A DNA stretch of 64,000 nucleotides. It comes from Bugula neritina. Its lineage: Eukaryota > Animalia > Bryozoa. Within the stretch, counting starts at the first letter, position 1. Each line of letters begins with the position of its first letter. The stretch covers positions 14,946,998-15,010,997 of the forward strand of contig OZ037767.1 in the NCBI GenBank assembly GCA_964035545.1, written 5' to 3'. Shown one piece after another: positions 1 to 12,489 of the stretch. The translations under genes and the position numbers were made by a program. The notes beneath the pieces are model-generated. The model was given only the letters and a program-made list of their open reading frames with translations, was not told the origin of the DNA and made no database searches.

Positions 1-51
1 TTATATGCGAGTATTCTCATATATTATAAAGCAGTCATATCTGATACCCAC

Positions 52-2050
52 CAGAATTGGCTCTGTTCAAGTGATTAATGCAGCCGTCACAGCCCAGCAT
101 TCCCACACAGTCATGAAAAGATAGCCTGAGGATTCCTGCATTGAAGGGGTGGTGGCCTAAGGGTGTTCTGTTATCGTTGACAAGTTTTCTTATAGCCACT
201 TGTGCTCTGTTCACCTGAGACCTAGTTAGGGGCTCTCTCTGTATAATCCCGTCTTTAGTGATTGCCGTTGTAACTCCCTCTGCCAGGAGGTAAAATAATG
301 CTTTCAGCTTTATTTCATAGTACAGGGAATGGAATACAGGACTGATAATGGAATTTCTATATATTCGAATACTTTCATACTATTTGTGGGCTTAAAATTT
401 TTCCTTTTTTTGGCTTCAAAACATTTGTAAAAAACTTAATTTATTTTACTTTAAAAAATGGTACCTTTTAGAAATTTTGTCTCTACATAGTAGAATAAGT
501 TTGTGCAGTGTACAAAACATTACAATGATTTCAACAACAAATTCTTAGCTATCAAGTGACATAAAAAATTGCCTATGGCAGTTTGACACAGTTTTGGCAC
601 ATCTGCAGAGAATAATGTAATATATGCAGTGATCTACAGCTACGTCTTCTACGTCAGATGTATAGCAGGTGACGTATTTAGTCTAGTAGCCTCTGTTTCT
701 TATTCTTTAGCTATCTAACATATTCAACCTGCAGTTTATGTGCTAGGCAAAGAACATAAACTAAGAATATCAAAGCCTTAACTTCTAACGGATTACACGC
801 TATTAAACCTAATCTTCAAAGCATCTGTATCTAATGTCCAATTATATTTTATGATAAATTGTTTTAACTCACCATAAAACAAATTATTGTGGCTTTGTAA
901 AAACATCCCATTGAATACAACAGCCCAAAATCTTTCTTATAGAAAAGGAAAACTTCTTTAAAACCACCCCCTTCTATTAAAAACGTTTTTGTAGAAATTA
1001 TGGTGTGTAAAGCAAGGTTTTGGAGAAGCTATGTAAGATAAAAATGGCCTACCGTTCATGTGGGTGGTGGTAGGTGCTGGAGTGGTGGTGGTAGTTGGAC
1101 CAGCCGTAGTGTTGGGCATGTTAGCCAGTTCCAACTTGAACTGCTCGATTCTGTTCTTTAGCCGTAGTTGTGCTCTTTGAAATCTGGACATGGGTGGGGC
1201 ATTTTGAGACCCGACAATTGCTGATCCCAGTACCAGCACCAGGAGGCTACACTAAACACCAGATACAGAGTTTTAGCAACTCATAATTTTCAAGACGTAT
1301 TACATAACACGTGAGAAATGAGAATTGGTTGTAAGGAAAACTTGTTTGCTTCTAAAACTACTTAAAAACTCACAATTAGTATAGATACTAATGACTGCCA
1401 TGACTTGCAATTATTGGGCTAAATTATGACGATTGAAAAGTTGAAAATGACGTAGTAGATAATCCATGGTTTAAACTAATAAACTGGTTAGATTTCCTCC
1501 TTACTTAATCTCCCTGTAAATTAGCAGTGTTTAGCTAGCAGGTAGCTCCTCAACTCCATGCTACGAAACATAAACTCTCTAATGCAGAAGGTAGAAATTT
1601 GATGTCTTTCTACATACATGTCTGGGAACATGCTTTCATCAGCGGTTACATTTCATAAAAACCATATAGCAGAAAATAATAGTTCAAAAACAATTTTAAA
1701 CTGTTAATAATTTTTTACTGCACTCAATCAATGTGCATTTATAGTTTATCTGCAGAAAAACGTTTCATATCTATACTGCAGATAATAACTTTACTTTAGC
1801 ATAGAAATCTCAAGGATTCTTAAAGTCTATAAGCAACGCTAGAACTTCTTACTGTGCAAGAAATCATAATGCTTTGAAAGTTTATCTACAGTACACAGTC
1901 TAAAAGATCTAGACATTATGTCCATAACTTTTCTTTTTTTAAAGGGGCCTAATTGTTTTCAAAACTTCAAATTTTAGTATTTTAGTATTTAAAACCTAAG
2001 CTAGTAAAAGTATACTACCATACCTTCATTAGCAGCATGCTGCAGGTCAT
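52..2050 (-). CDS. Secreted heme peroxidase of the non-animal (peroxidase-catalase, ascorbate-peroxidase-like) superfamily; 3' part lies outside the window
   Basis: Exons 2050-2024, 1251-1053 and 279-52 join in frame through GT-AG introns. They give a signal-peptide-like start (MTCSMLLMKCSLLVLVLGSAIVG), a Thr/Pro-rich linker, then AGILRLSFHDCVGMLGCDGCINHLNRANSG, which matches the distal R-L-x-F-H-D-C...G-C-D-G motif. The start could instead be ATG 2038. Confidence 0.8.
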
Positions 2051-2669
2051 GGAGTCAATATTTTGCTTGCACAAACCACAACGTACAACCGAACTCAAGC
2101 AGAAGTAGAGATGAGAAAGTCCTGCTTCTCTCGCGTAGTACTGCTCGCATCTGGTGCGTCTCTGCAGCTTTTTAGACATTGCGTTGATGTTGCTTAGCAA
2201 CTGAAACACATAAATTATGTTTTCATCATAGTTTTGTTACAGAGAAGGGTGGCTCGACTACCCCCCTCCCTTAAGCGGTAAAACATAATAGCCTGTTGCT
2301 CTGCTGGCCAATGGCAGTCATGGTTCAAAAGAAAAATAGAAAATGTGAAGTAAGCCTTAAAATATGCTGCAATTAATAATCCCACCAGAACCTGTTACTT
2401 AAAGCCTTATCAATTTAAGATTATGATAAGTTTGGTCTGATCGTAAGTCTTTGCCACGGATTCACTAAACCCCTGCAACAAACAGATTAATGGTGGTTAA
2501 TATGAACATCCATCACATTAAATAATAATTACACTAACTGAGGGATATTGGGGAGTTGAAGAAGCAGGGATTACCTGAGTCATCCCCTGACCTTAGAAAA
2601 TAAAATAGTAGCAGATTATATAACTTACTTTTCCTGTTACTTACTCAGTAGTTTTAGACTTACTTTAGC

Positions 2670-3150
2670 ATATATATCTACTCTATATTACTTCTACATC
2701 TACTCTATATAACTTCTATATCTACTCTATAAAACTTCTATAGCTACTCTATATAGCTTCTATAGCTACTCTATATAACTTCTATATCTACTCTATATAG
2801 CTTCCATATCTACTCTATATAACTTCTACATCTACACTATATAACTTCCATATCTACTTTATATAACTTCTATAGCTACTCTATATAGCTTCCATATCTA
2901 CTCTATATAACTTCTACATCTACACTATATAACTTCCATATCTACTTTATATAACTTCTATATCTACTCTATATAACTTCCATATCTACTCTATATAACT
3001 TCTACATCTACACTATATAACTTCCATATCTACTTTATATAACTTCTATAGCTACTCTATATAGCTTCTATATCTACTCTATATTACTTTCATATCTACT
3101 CAATATAACATATATATCTGCTCTATATCACTTCCATATCTACTCCAGAT
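2670..3150. repeat. 22-bp minisatellite (TATATCTACTCTATATAACTTC-like), about 21 copies
   Basis: Direct tandem periodicity visible in the sequence. Confidence 0.9.
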
Positions 3151-3592
3151 AGCATTGATGTTTACCATAGATCTATAACTTTTAAACAAACACGCAGACA
3201 TTAAAACCAGGAGTTATCATACTATCATAAATAAGGTATTGTTTTCCCTGAATGAGAAAAGAGGTACCAGCCAATAGCAGTGATGCATTGAACTAGCTAA
3301 ACCTTAGATTAAATTATTTGTCAAATGGTGCGAGGAATTGACTACCAACCGAGTTCAATGCCATGCAGATGTTTTTCCAGCAACAAATCGTTGTCAGAAA
3401 TAGTTTCCAAAAGTATGAATTTAATATGCTTTATTTTTAGACATGCTTTATTTTTATATTTTTCTCAAATAAAATGTATAAATGTTACTGAATTTTTTAA
3501 AGTAAAGTTAAGGAATCAGTAATAAACATTACATCAATGCTTGTGAAATGGTTAAACCACTCAGAAATGCAAAAACTTGAACCAGTAATAGA

Positions 3593-6419
3593 CTAGCATT
3601 TTGTAGGCTTAGTTTTGAAGAATTGTCTGATACAGAAGATCTCCGCCACAGCTTTTATAGTGACAGCCACTAGAATAAGCAGAGAGAAGAGATCCACTTG
3701 GTAGAGTAGAGAGTCAGCAAACGCTGCAGATGTTATGGTTTTCTGCTTCAGCTTATGCAAGTGTTCAGCTGCAACGTTACTCCTTCGTACCAGCTCTAAA
3801 ACAACAAATACTACTTCGAAAAGGTTTCAATTGTTGGCAGCTTTAAAGTTGACAGTATTTAGATTTTGCTCTCTTGTGAAATTTTTTTCAAATTACAAGT
3901 GATGTTTGTTTGAGGCTAAATAATGTTTTATGGCATTTATAAGAGGCTATTGAGTGAAACTATTATAAAACTATAAAAAAGTTAATTTTAAAAAAGCAAA
4001 TTAATAAGAAAACTGCTACTAAAATCATGTCTTCCCTTTTAAAAGTGTGAGATTGAAATTGCCATAAAAATCGCAGCAAGATGTTTTTAGGGTTTCACCT
4101 GTCAAACTGTACTCGAAGGAGGTTTTCACAGACGGAGCTGATGATGGTTTGGTTTTGGGCATTTGCCAGAAGAACTCAACAGTTTTGGTGGTGACTACAC
4201 TGAAGGAGTTATCAAAGCAGATGGAGTACTGTCCAGTGGAGAGAGAAATGGTGTAGGTTCCAGTTTTCACTCTTCTGGTGCTGACATGGGTTACTCTACA
4301 AATAAAACAGTCTATAAATAGAACAGCTTAGTTCTAATAATAGAACAGTACTCTAATTCTTTGAATAGAGCAGTATAGTATAGATCTCTACATAGAATAG
4401 CATAGTCATATTTGTAGAAGAGTATAGTTATGATCATAAGGGAGCAGCTGTGGTCTAGAAGTTGGAGCGTTTGCCTAGTAAGCACAGTGTCATTGGTTCG
4501 ATCCCCAACAAAGACCATTGGTGATGTTAGGAAGAGCATCCAGCCGTAATTTCTCTTGTGCCCCGCCTGAACAAGTCCTTAGCCCGATCTAACAAAAATT
4601 CTTTCATCAGGAGTTTCTCACAGGATGATAATTATAAACTTGTGTGGGTATAGTTATCATCAAAAGTATAATTATATAATAAATAGAACAGCATAGTTCA
4701 TTGAATAAATCAGTATATTTTTTAAAACACAGCCTAACTCTATATTTAGAACCATGTAGTTATGTTTATCAGGTATCATAATTCTATGGTTAATCAGAAC
4801 AGTATACAAGGTCTCTTGATATAGCAGTATAGAAATCTGAGACACACATCATCAATATTTACGAATTATGTTTTGCCTACAGCTAGAAGGTTGTGTGGCA
4901 GCTAGGCAACCTAACGCTGAATGCTGACTCAGCAATTTTTGTTAATCTTGGCATACAGTAATGAGTCATAAAGACCTTCCCTAAGAAATAAGGGATACTG
5001 TTTCCAGAGCTGAATGTATAATTTGTAAGTAATTTAGGCCAAATCTAATGACCTTGAAAGTTATGAGTCACAATGTTCATAGCAGTACAGTGGTACACAA
5101 TGCAAGTGTAATAGAAAACATTAGTTAGAAGTCAATTGGTCTGAAGTTTGGTGCCAATTTGAAACCTTGATTAGGGTTTGGAGCTTTGGAGTTGGGTGAT
5201 ATGACACACCCATTTCCAATTGACGGGCCCATCTTCAATTGACGCGCCCATCTTCAAGCTTCTCAAGAAGAGAAAAGCACATATGAATGTTCCTGCATGT
5301 GAGAAAAGCTCAACAGAACATTCAATTGCCAAGTAATTTATGCTCATTTGTATTTTAAAGTTGAAGTCGAAATGACAGGTCAATGAATAGATTGTGTTGT
5401 AGGTTGGTTATTAAGTGCTTGTGAATATTACAATGTTGTGTTTGAGTAGAGAGTTTCGCCTCAGACATGCCCTCAAATAAATTAAAATAATTCATTATCA
5501 GTGATTCTTGCACATGTCTAGCACTGAATGTGTCAAGTCTGCTTTTCACTGGATAATACTGTTGAATAATAGGATTCCAGATTGGAATGCGAGAATTCAG
5601 AAAGGCTCAGACACATAATTGATTAGTTTGTTGAAAAGTGATGGAAATAATACATTAAGTTGTGGTTTGAATAGTTTCTACAGTATAGTGCACATGAGGA
5701 TATTATAACCATGGTTGAAAATGCTGTGACGTGAGAGTTTAGTCCTGTGACGAATTTCGTGTGTATATAGAGCTACTTCTTCAAATATCATTGATCTCTT
5801 AAAGCAAAAATATTTGTTATACTGCAAATAAAATTATTTGAAAATTTTACAGTATTATGATGATAGCAATAAACATGGGCTAGATAGGTTAGATCAGGTT
5901 AAAATTGATTTGGATTGGACTAGACATGCGGCGTTCATTGTTTATGATTCTATAAGTTGAAGAAAGTGATTCTTATGAATAATGCGAACATGTGAATTAT
6001 ATTCAACCTCAGTTAAGTTTTTGCTTTGTCAAACTTCAACTCTGAAAGATCCTGAAAGAAATCACTTTATAACAAGAATGTTTAGCAAGAAATAATGAGG
6101 ATTTATGCAAATTTGGAGCAAATTTAGCATAAGATACGTCAATGATTCACGATAGAGAAAGCATGAAAGCACTTAAGGTCATGACTGAAGTTTACGGATA
6201 CCTGAGGTCACGCGAATGGACACTCTTCACAAAGGCCAGGACATCTTGATATCTGCCGCCCTTCAACACAGTGAAAGTAAAACTGGCCGTCTCCTTGGCG
6301 TCCATCTTGTCCATTCTCACGTCTTCATAGAAACAGGAAGCACTTCCAGGCGGGACAGCGACAATGATTGTGGCAGCAACATTAATTAGAGACAGCGTTG
6401 TTAGCAATGTTGTCAGCAT
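3593..6419 (-). CDS. p24/TMED family cargo receptor (GOLD domain), divergent
   Basis: Exons 6419-6202, 4295-4099 and 3795-3593. Signal peptide, GOLD cysteines (ASCFYE; GQYSICFDNSFS), helical stalk, C-terminal hydrophobic TM segment and tail RQFFKTKPTKC*. Confidence 0.85.
4441..4650 (+). mobile_element. tRNA-derived SINE, copy 1
   Basis: A-box (TGGTCTAGAAG) and B-box (GGTTCGATCCC) head, then a shared body (TGATGTTAGGAAGAGCATC...AGTCCTTAGCCCGAT...TTTCTCACAGGA). Similar copies at 10335, 15673 and 34655. Confidence 0.8.
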
Positions 6420-6629
6420 GATGTGTAGATCTATTATGGAGAAGAGAAGGGGCGAGCGTGTAAGACACCTTTACAGTGACAGCAGGTGGTATCAAGAGGT
6501 TATGATGTAATAGCCTTGCCATGTTCAATAGTTGGAGAGCAGACAGAGTGATTGCACACCTTACTGCTGTGGAGTGTACATGCAACTTGTGAAAAAGGAA
6601 AATTAGCTTTACTTATAATTACAATGGTC

Positions 6630-6693
6630 GCATGACTTGTTACGGCAGTGACATGACTTGTCACGGCAGTCACATGACTTGTCATACTACCAT
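6630..6693. repeat. 21-bp tandem repeat x3 upstream of the TMED start
   Basis: CATGACTTGTYACGGCAGTSA repeated. Confidence 0.8.
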
Positions 6694-7684
6694 GCAAGTA
6701 AATTGTTATAAAACTTGAATGCGACTAAAACATGCATAACAATGCTTAAAGTATGATTAAATATGTAGCAATCATTCCTTACTGCTTTACCTGTATATTG
6801 AAAGTAAATTCTACACAACAATTTACTGAGTATTAAGGCTAGATTTCACTGCTCAACTATTTTCTCTTTGCTTTCCTAATACAGCTGCTTATAGCTCAAG
6901 TAAAACTCTTAGCAAAAATCTCTCTTTATTTATATACCCTAGAATAAAATTGTATATTATACATGTAAGTACACTATATGGTAGGGAAACTATGTAGACT
7001 TGCACTGTATACAGGTGGAATTTTAGAATCATGTATTTTATTTGTATTGCAAGAATCATATTAAATAATATATTATATAATATTTTTATAGTACAATGAT
7101 TACATGCAATTAAAATTATGACATGACAATAGGCAAGATTGAAATTATCCAACAGTTTATTTCTACAGAATATTTCTACACGTAAAGTAAATGAAGCACT
7201 ACACTAAACATTCTCATTCCTAAGTGTTGATACAAAAATACAGCTTGCCTTAAAAGTACCGGCGAAATAATATTGAGTTATTTTCCAATTGATGGAAATC
7301 TTATGAAGAGAAGATAAACCTGAAATAACAGTCTAAAGGAAGTAATATTAACATAGCATGTTGAGTGTATTTGGAGTTAGTAATAAGACGGTCAGAAAGG
7401 AGTGCTGGTGCAACAGCTGCGTAGGGGGGGGACTAAACATCAGATCACGATTAGACTGTAATACACAGACAGGGGGGGGGGGGGGGAGTAAGAGGAAAAT
7501 AATATAACTACTCTATTACTGAATGATTATAAACTAAGAAGTTTACACTCCACTATCAGTATGATATTGGAATGGTGTTCTATAAAGATATATTTTGTTG
7601 ATTCTGAAGTGTATATATGAACTTCAGTTGAAATGGACATTGTATCTGGGAAATATTCTTTGCAGTTACAGCATCACAGTAGGA

Positions 7685-7830
7685 ATTATATCCACCACTG
7701 TATTGCTGAGTCAGGGGGATAAATCCACCACTGTATTACTAGAGCCAGGGAGATATATCCACCACTGTATTACTGAGTCAGGGAGATATATCCACCACTG
7801 TATTACTAGAGTCAGGGGGATATATCCATC
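7685..7830. repeat. 31-32-bp tandem repeat x4-5 overlapping the MNAT1 stop codon
   Basis: The minus-strand unit GGATATATCYCCCTGACTCTAGTAATACAGTGGT begins in the last codons and TGA of MNAT1. Confidence 0.8.
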
Positions 7831-10800
7831 CCTTCGCTGCTCTCTACGGACGGAGAATTACTGACTACTGGAGAGGCACTCTTTGGTAGAGAAAGGAAGA
7901 GTCCTTCAACTGCACTTTGCAGAGCTTTCATACAGCCGATAGATGACTCATAGCCGCCAGCTCTGTCTGCTGCACTCGCTGACCTCATGTGCCGTAAGTA
8001 TCTGTGAGTATACAGTATAGTATAATACAGTATACAGTATAGTATAATACAGTATATAGTATAGTATAATACAGTATATAGTATAGTATAATACAGTATA
8101 TAGTATAATACAGTGCATAGTATAATACAGTATATAGTATAGTATAATACAGTATATAGTATAGTATAATACAGTATATAGTATAATACAGTATATAGTA
8201 TAGTATAATACAGTATATAGTATAATACAGTATATAGTATAATACAGTATATAATATAGTATAATACAGTATATAGTATAGTATAATACAGTAGGCCTAT
8301 ATAGTATAGTATAATACAGTATATAGTATAATACAGTATATAGTATAGTATATAGTATAGTATAATACAGTATACAGTATAATATAATACAGTATATAGT
8401 ATAATACAGTATATAGTATAGTATAATACAGTATATAGTATAATACAGTATATAGTATAATACAGTATATAGTATAGTATAATACAGTATATAGTATAGT
8501 ATAATACAGTATATAGTATAGTATAATACAGTATATAGTATAATACAGTGCATAGTATAATACAGTATATAGTATAATACAGTATATAGTATAGTATAAT
8601 ACAGTATAGTATAATACAGTGCATAGTATAATACAGTATATAGTATAATACAGTATATAGTATAGTATAATACAGTATATAGTATAGTATAATACAGTAT
8701 AGTATAATACAGTGCATAGTATAATACAGTATATAGTATAATACAGTATAGTATAATACAGTATATAGTATAGTATAATACAGTATAGTATAATACAGTG
8801 CATAGTATAATACAGTATATAGTATAATACAGTATAGTATAATACAGTATATAGTATAGTATAATACAGTATATAGTATAATATAATACAGTATGTAGTA
8901 TAGTACAATACAGTATATAGTATAGTACAATACAGTATATAGTATAGTATAATACAGTATATAGTATAGTACAATACAGTATATAGTATAGTACAATACA
9001 GTATATAGTATAGTATTATACAGTACATAGTATAGTATAATACAGTATATTGTATAGTATAATACAGTACATAGTATAGTATAATACAGTATATAGTATA
9101 GTATTATACAGTACATAGTATAGTATAATACAGTATATAGTATAGTATAATACAGTACATAGTATAGTATAATACAGTATATAGTATAATATAACACAGT
9201 ATATAGTATAATACAGTATATAGTATAATACAGTATATAGTATAGTATAATACAGTATATAGTATATTACAGTATATAGCATAGTATAATACAGTATATA
9301 GTATAGTATAATACAGTATATAGTATAATACAGTATATAGTATAATATAACACAGTATATTGTACAGCGGGGAAGGGGGGACAAACACCCACCCTTTGTG
9401 TTTTATGTCATCCAGGGAAGGAGTTGCTGGTCCCAGACTATCGTGGATGGACTCCTCATACTTATACAAAACCTCCACCTTCTTAGGAATGGGCATGAAT
9501 GTAGTCTGGTGACCCTAAAACAGTAACCAAGGTCAAGGTCAAACAGATACAAAGCCGCTGAAAACAACATCGAGAGAAAATAGAGATTGGGTGAATGTCA
9601 GAAATTAAAGAATTCCTCATAATAGTTCGAATTCAACCAACTATTTGGTACAACTATAAAATTGTTATGAAAGACATTTGAAATAAACTATTTTTTAAAT
9701 ATGAAACATTTTAGTGTAACTTTGGTATACCAGGTAATCAACAAGGAATACTAAACTCTGTAACTTTTAGCAAAACGAGTAGATGTGAGACCTAAACTGC
9801 AAGTTTGCCAGAAAGTAGCTCAAATGTGACACAAACACTAATCAAATCTAGAGCAAACAGTTTGATGGAAATGATAGAATAACTCCCAGTAAAACAAGGA
9901 AAATTCAATGTAAAATACAGCTGAGTTCAGCACATTTCAGTGTTATATATCACACAGTCTACACGAGAGAAAGTAGTAAAAGGCATTAAAACTATATTGA
10001 GCACACAACTCCAATAATAATCTGATGCTAACGCACTGCGAACAAAATAAAATAGACATGTTTTTTACCAGCTGGCTGGCCATATCACGGGCGGGTGCCA
10101 AGGCTGCCTTCTTGTTAGCCTTCTCTGTAGCTTCCTGTTCTAGAGCTCTTTGAGATTCGTGGTGGGACTCAAGAATTTCCTCGGCGGGTGCATCAGTAAA
10201 CATCTAACATGATATGTATAGTAAAAAGTAGTTGTTTGCTCAACCAGAGTACATGGCAGAGAGAAGACAAACACAGGATAATAATTCTACACATGGTTTA
10301 TTTATTATGCAGTGTTTAAAAATTAATATATAGAGAGCAGCCGTGGTCTAGAGGTTAGAGCGTTTGGCTTAGTAAACTCGAAGTCATGAGTTTGGACTCC
10401 AGTAAAGGCCATTAGTGATGTTGGAAAGAGCATTTAGTCATTTAGTTACATATGAATAAGTCCTTCGGCGACTTAAAAAACATTTTCATCAGGGTTTCTC
10501 ACGAGACTATAAAATTAAGTTAGAGTTTAAAAATACATATTTACATTCAATGAAACTTTTTAGTCGAACCATGCAGTAAACATTATTTTACAGCACATGA
10601 ATAATTGCAACTTGTAAATTCCCAACTACCACTTCCTTAGCCAATAGACCACTCTCTATTCACTAGACCACTCCCCTATTCACCAGACCACTCCCCTATT
10701 CACTAGACCACTCCCCTATTCACTAAACCACTCCCCTATTCACCAGACCACTCCTCTATTCACTAGACCACTCCCCTATTCACTAGACCACTCCTCTTAT

Positions 10801-12489
10801 TAACTAGACCACTCCCCTATTCACTAGACCACTCCCCCTATTCACTAGACCACTCCCCCTATTCACTAGACCACTCCCCTTATTCACTATACCACTCCCC
10901 CTATTCACTAGACCACTCCCCCTATTCACTAGACCACTCCCCTATTCACTAGACCACTCCCCTATTTACTAGACCACTCCCTCTATTCACCAGCAGCTCC
11001 GCTATGAGTCATCACTCACCAGGTTATCAATGAGAAGCCGCTGCCGCTTCTCCTTCTCCAACTTCTCCCTCTCCAGCTGCCTCATGACGTCTGAAACTGA
11101 AGAGTTGACCTTATTGGCAGCCTCCACAGCTATGCAGTTCTCTATGTGCAGCTCATCTGCTGACTGCAACAGACAACACTTTGTATCTCCAGCATTAAAG
11201 AGCAGCTTACTATGACTTGATACTCTTTATTATATACTATACTATTACTATAACTATATTCTGATCTATTAGAAACAACTGAAATTATATGGAAACACAC
11301 AAAAACCACTGAATTACTGTTTATTTTGATCTACCAGCCACTATAAAACTGTGCGAACAACTAGTGTAGGACTATAAATATAACCACATGTGCAGACTGC
11401 AGCTAGCAACTCTGAACATACACCAGATCATGCTCTATTCAATCTGTTATAGACACTGCCAAAAGTATTTTAGTTTACACAGAGATCAGGGATAACTCCT
11501 AATAACTCACTTTTTTAAACTTGTTGTGCGCTATTAGCTCTTTGTTTTCTTTTTTGTAAGCTTCTACTTTCTTTTTCGTACTTTCCACATCAACACCATT
11601 CACGAGATTAAATACTAAAACACAATCGTGAACAAAAACATCATATCAGATTGTAGCCTATAGCCATCGAATTTAGACTAACATGCAGATAAAACAACAC
11701 AACAATAAAGTTCGCAGTACTGTCTCATCATCCAGAAAGAAAACAATAGAAAATTAGGCCCAAAGTTCTAAGCTTGTCACAGTTCTAAATTGTAAAGTAA
11801 ATAAATATGCATAATCTGACAAGATAAACATATAAAGATGATAAGACGTATAAATACACATACTGATTGTCTCCACTTCTTCTAAGTAGTCGTTGTATTC
11901 CCTGAGAGTACTAAAGTTGTCTTCTTTTAAATTATAACTAAAGATAAACAAGGAAATACCATTTAAACTGGCTGCTAGGCAGATTTAGAATATTGTATCA
12001 TCATATTTATTAACTTCTGAAACAACTATTAAAGAAAAAAAATTGAAGTGAGTTGCCTGAGATTATGCTGACTATTGAAGCTTCTAGCATGTTTGCTGGC
12101 AGTTAGAATTATGCATTTCTACTAAAATAGTTAATCTTGATAGGTGAAACCAGACATACTCTTTAAGTATTTTTCTTCTGATTTCAATTTCCTTTTCGAT
12201 GCTAGCATCTTCAAAAAACTGTAGTCGGAAGTTGGCTCGCCTCAAGCTGACATTGCATTCTGGGCAGAGACCACTTCCTCTGACAAATAGAAGCTCTACA
12301 CAGTTTTCACACCTACAATTTTAGGAAAATACTCTGACTATAAAACTTATTTTAAACAAAGTGAGCTGATAGAAGAGTAGTCAGATAAGCCACTTACAAA
12401 GCATGGCCACATACGTTCACCAGTAGCTTTAGGTTCGGGTTTCTGTATTTAGTGGTGCGACATCTCGGACAAATGGTGTCGTCATTCAT
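7812..12489 (-). CDS. MNAT1: CDK-activating kinase assembly factor MAT1
   Basis: Exons 12489-12398, 12312-12160, 11937-11864, 11614-11511, 11163-11020, 10203-10069, 9514-9393 and 8001-7812. RING: [44 protein letters not shown]. Also [18 protein letters not shown] and C-terminal [17 protein letters not shown]. Confidence 0.95.
8008..9362. repeat. AGTAT-based micro/minisatellite filling MNAT1 intron 7
   Basis: Mosaic of AGTAT, AATAC and AGTATAT units; it produces the spurious Y/T/I/L ORFs. Confidence 0.95.
10335..10513 (+). mobile_element. tRNA-derived SINE, copy 2 (internally deleted)
   Basis: GAGCAGCCGTGGTCTAGAGGTTAGAGCG head and body similar to copy 1. Confidence 0.75.
10640..10992. repeat. 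20-21-bp minisatellite (CACTAGACCACTCCCCTATT), about 17 copies, MNAT1 intron
   Basis: Direct tandem periodicity. Confidence 0.9.

Noticed and set aside
7948-9384. Long Tyr/Thr/Ile/Leu/Cys ORFs (up to 461 aa)
   Set aside because: Stop-free frames of the AGTAT satellite inside MNAT1 intron 7; only 7812-8001 is real coding sequence.
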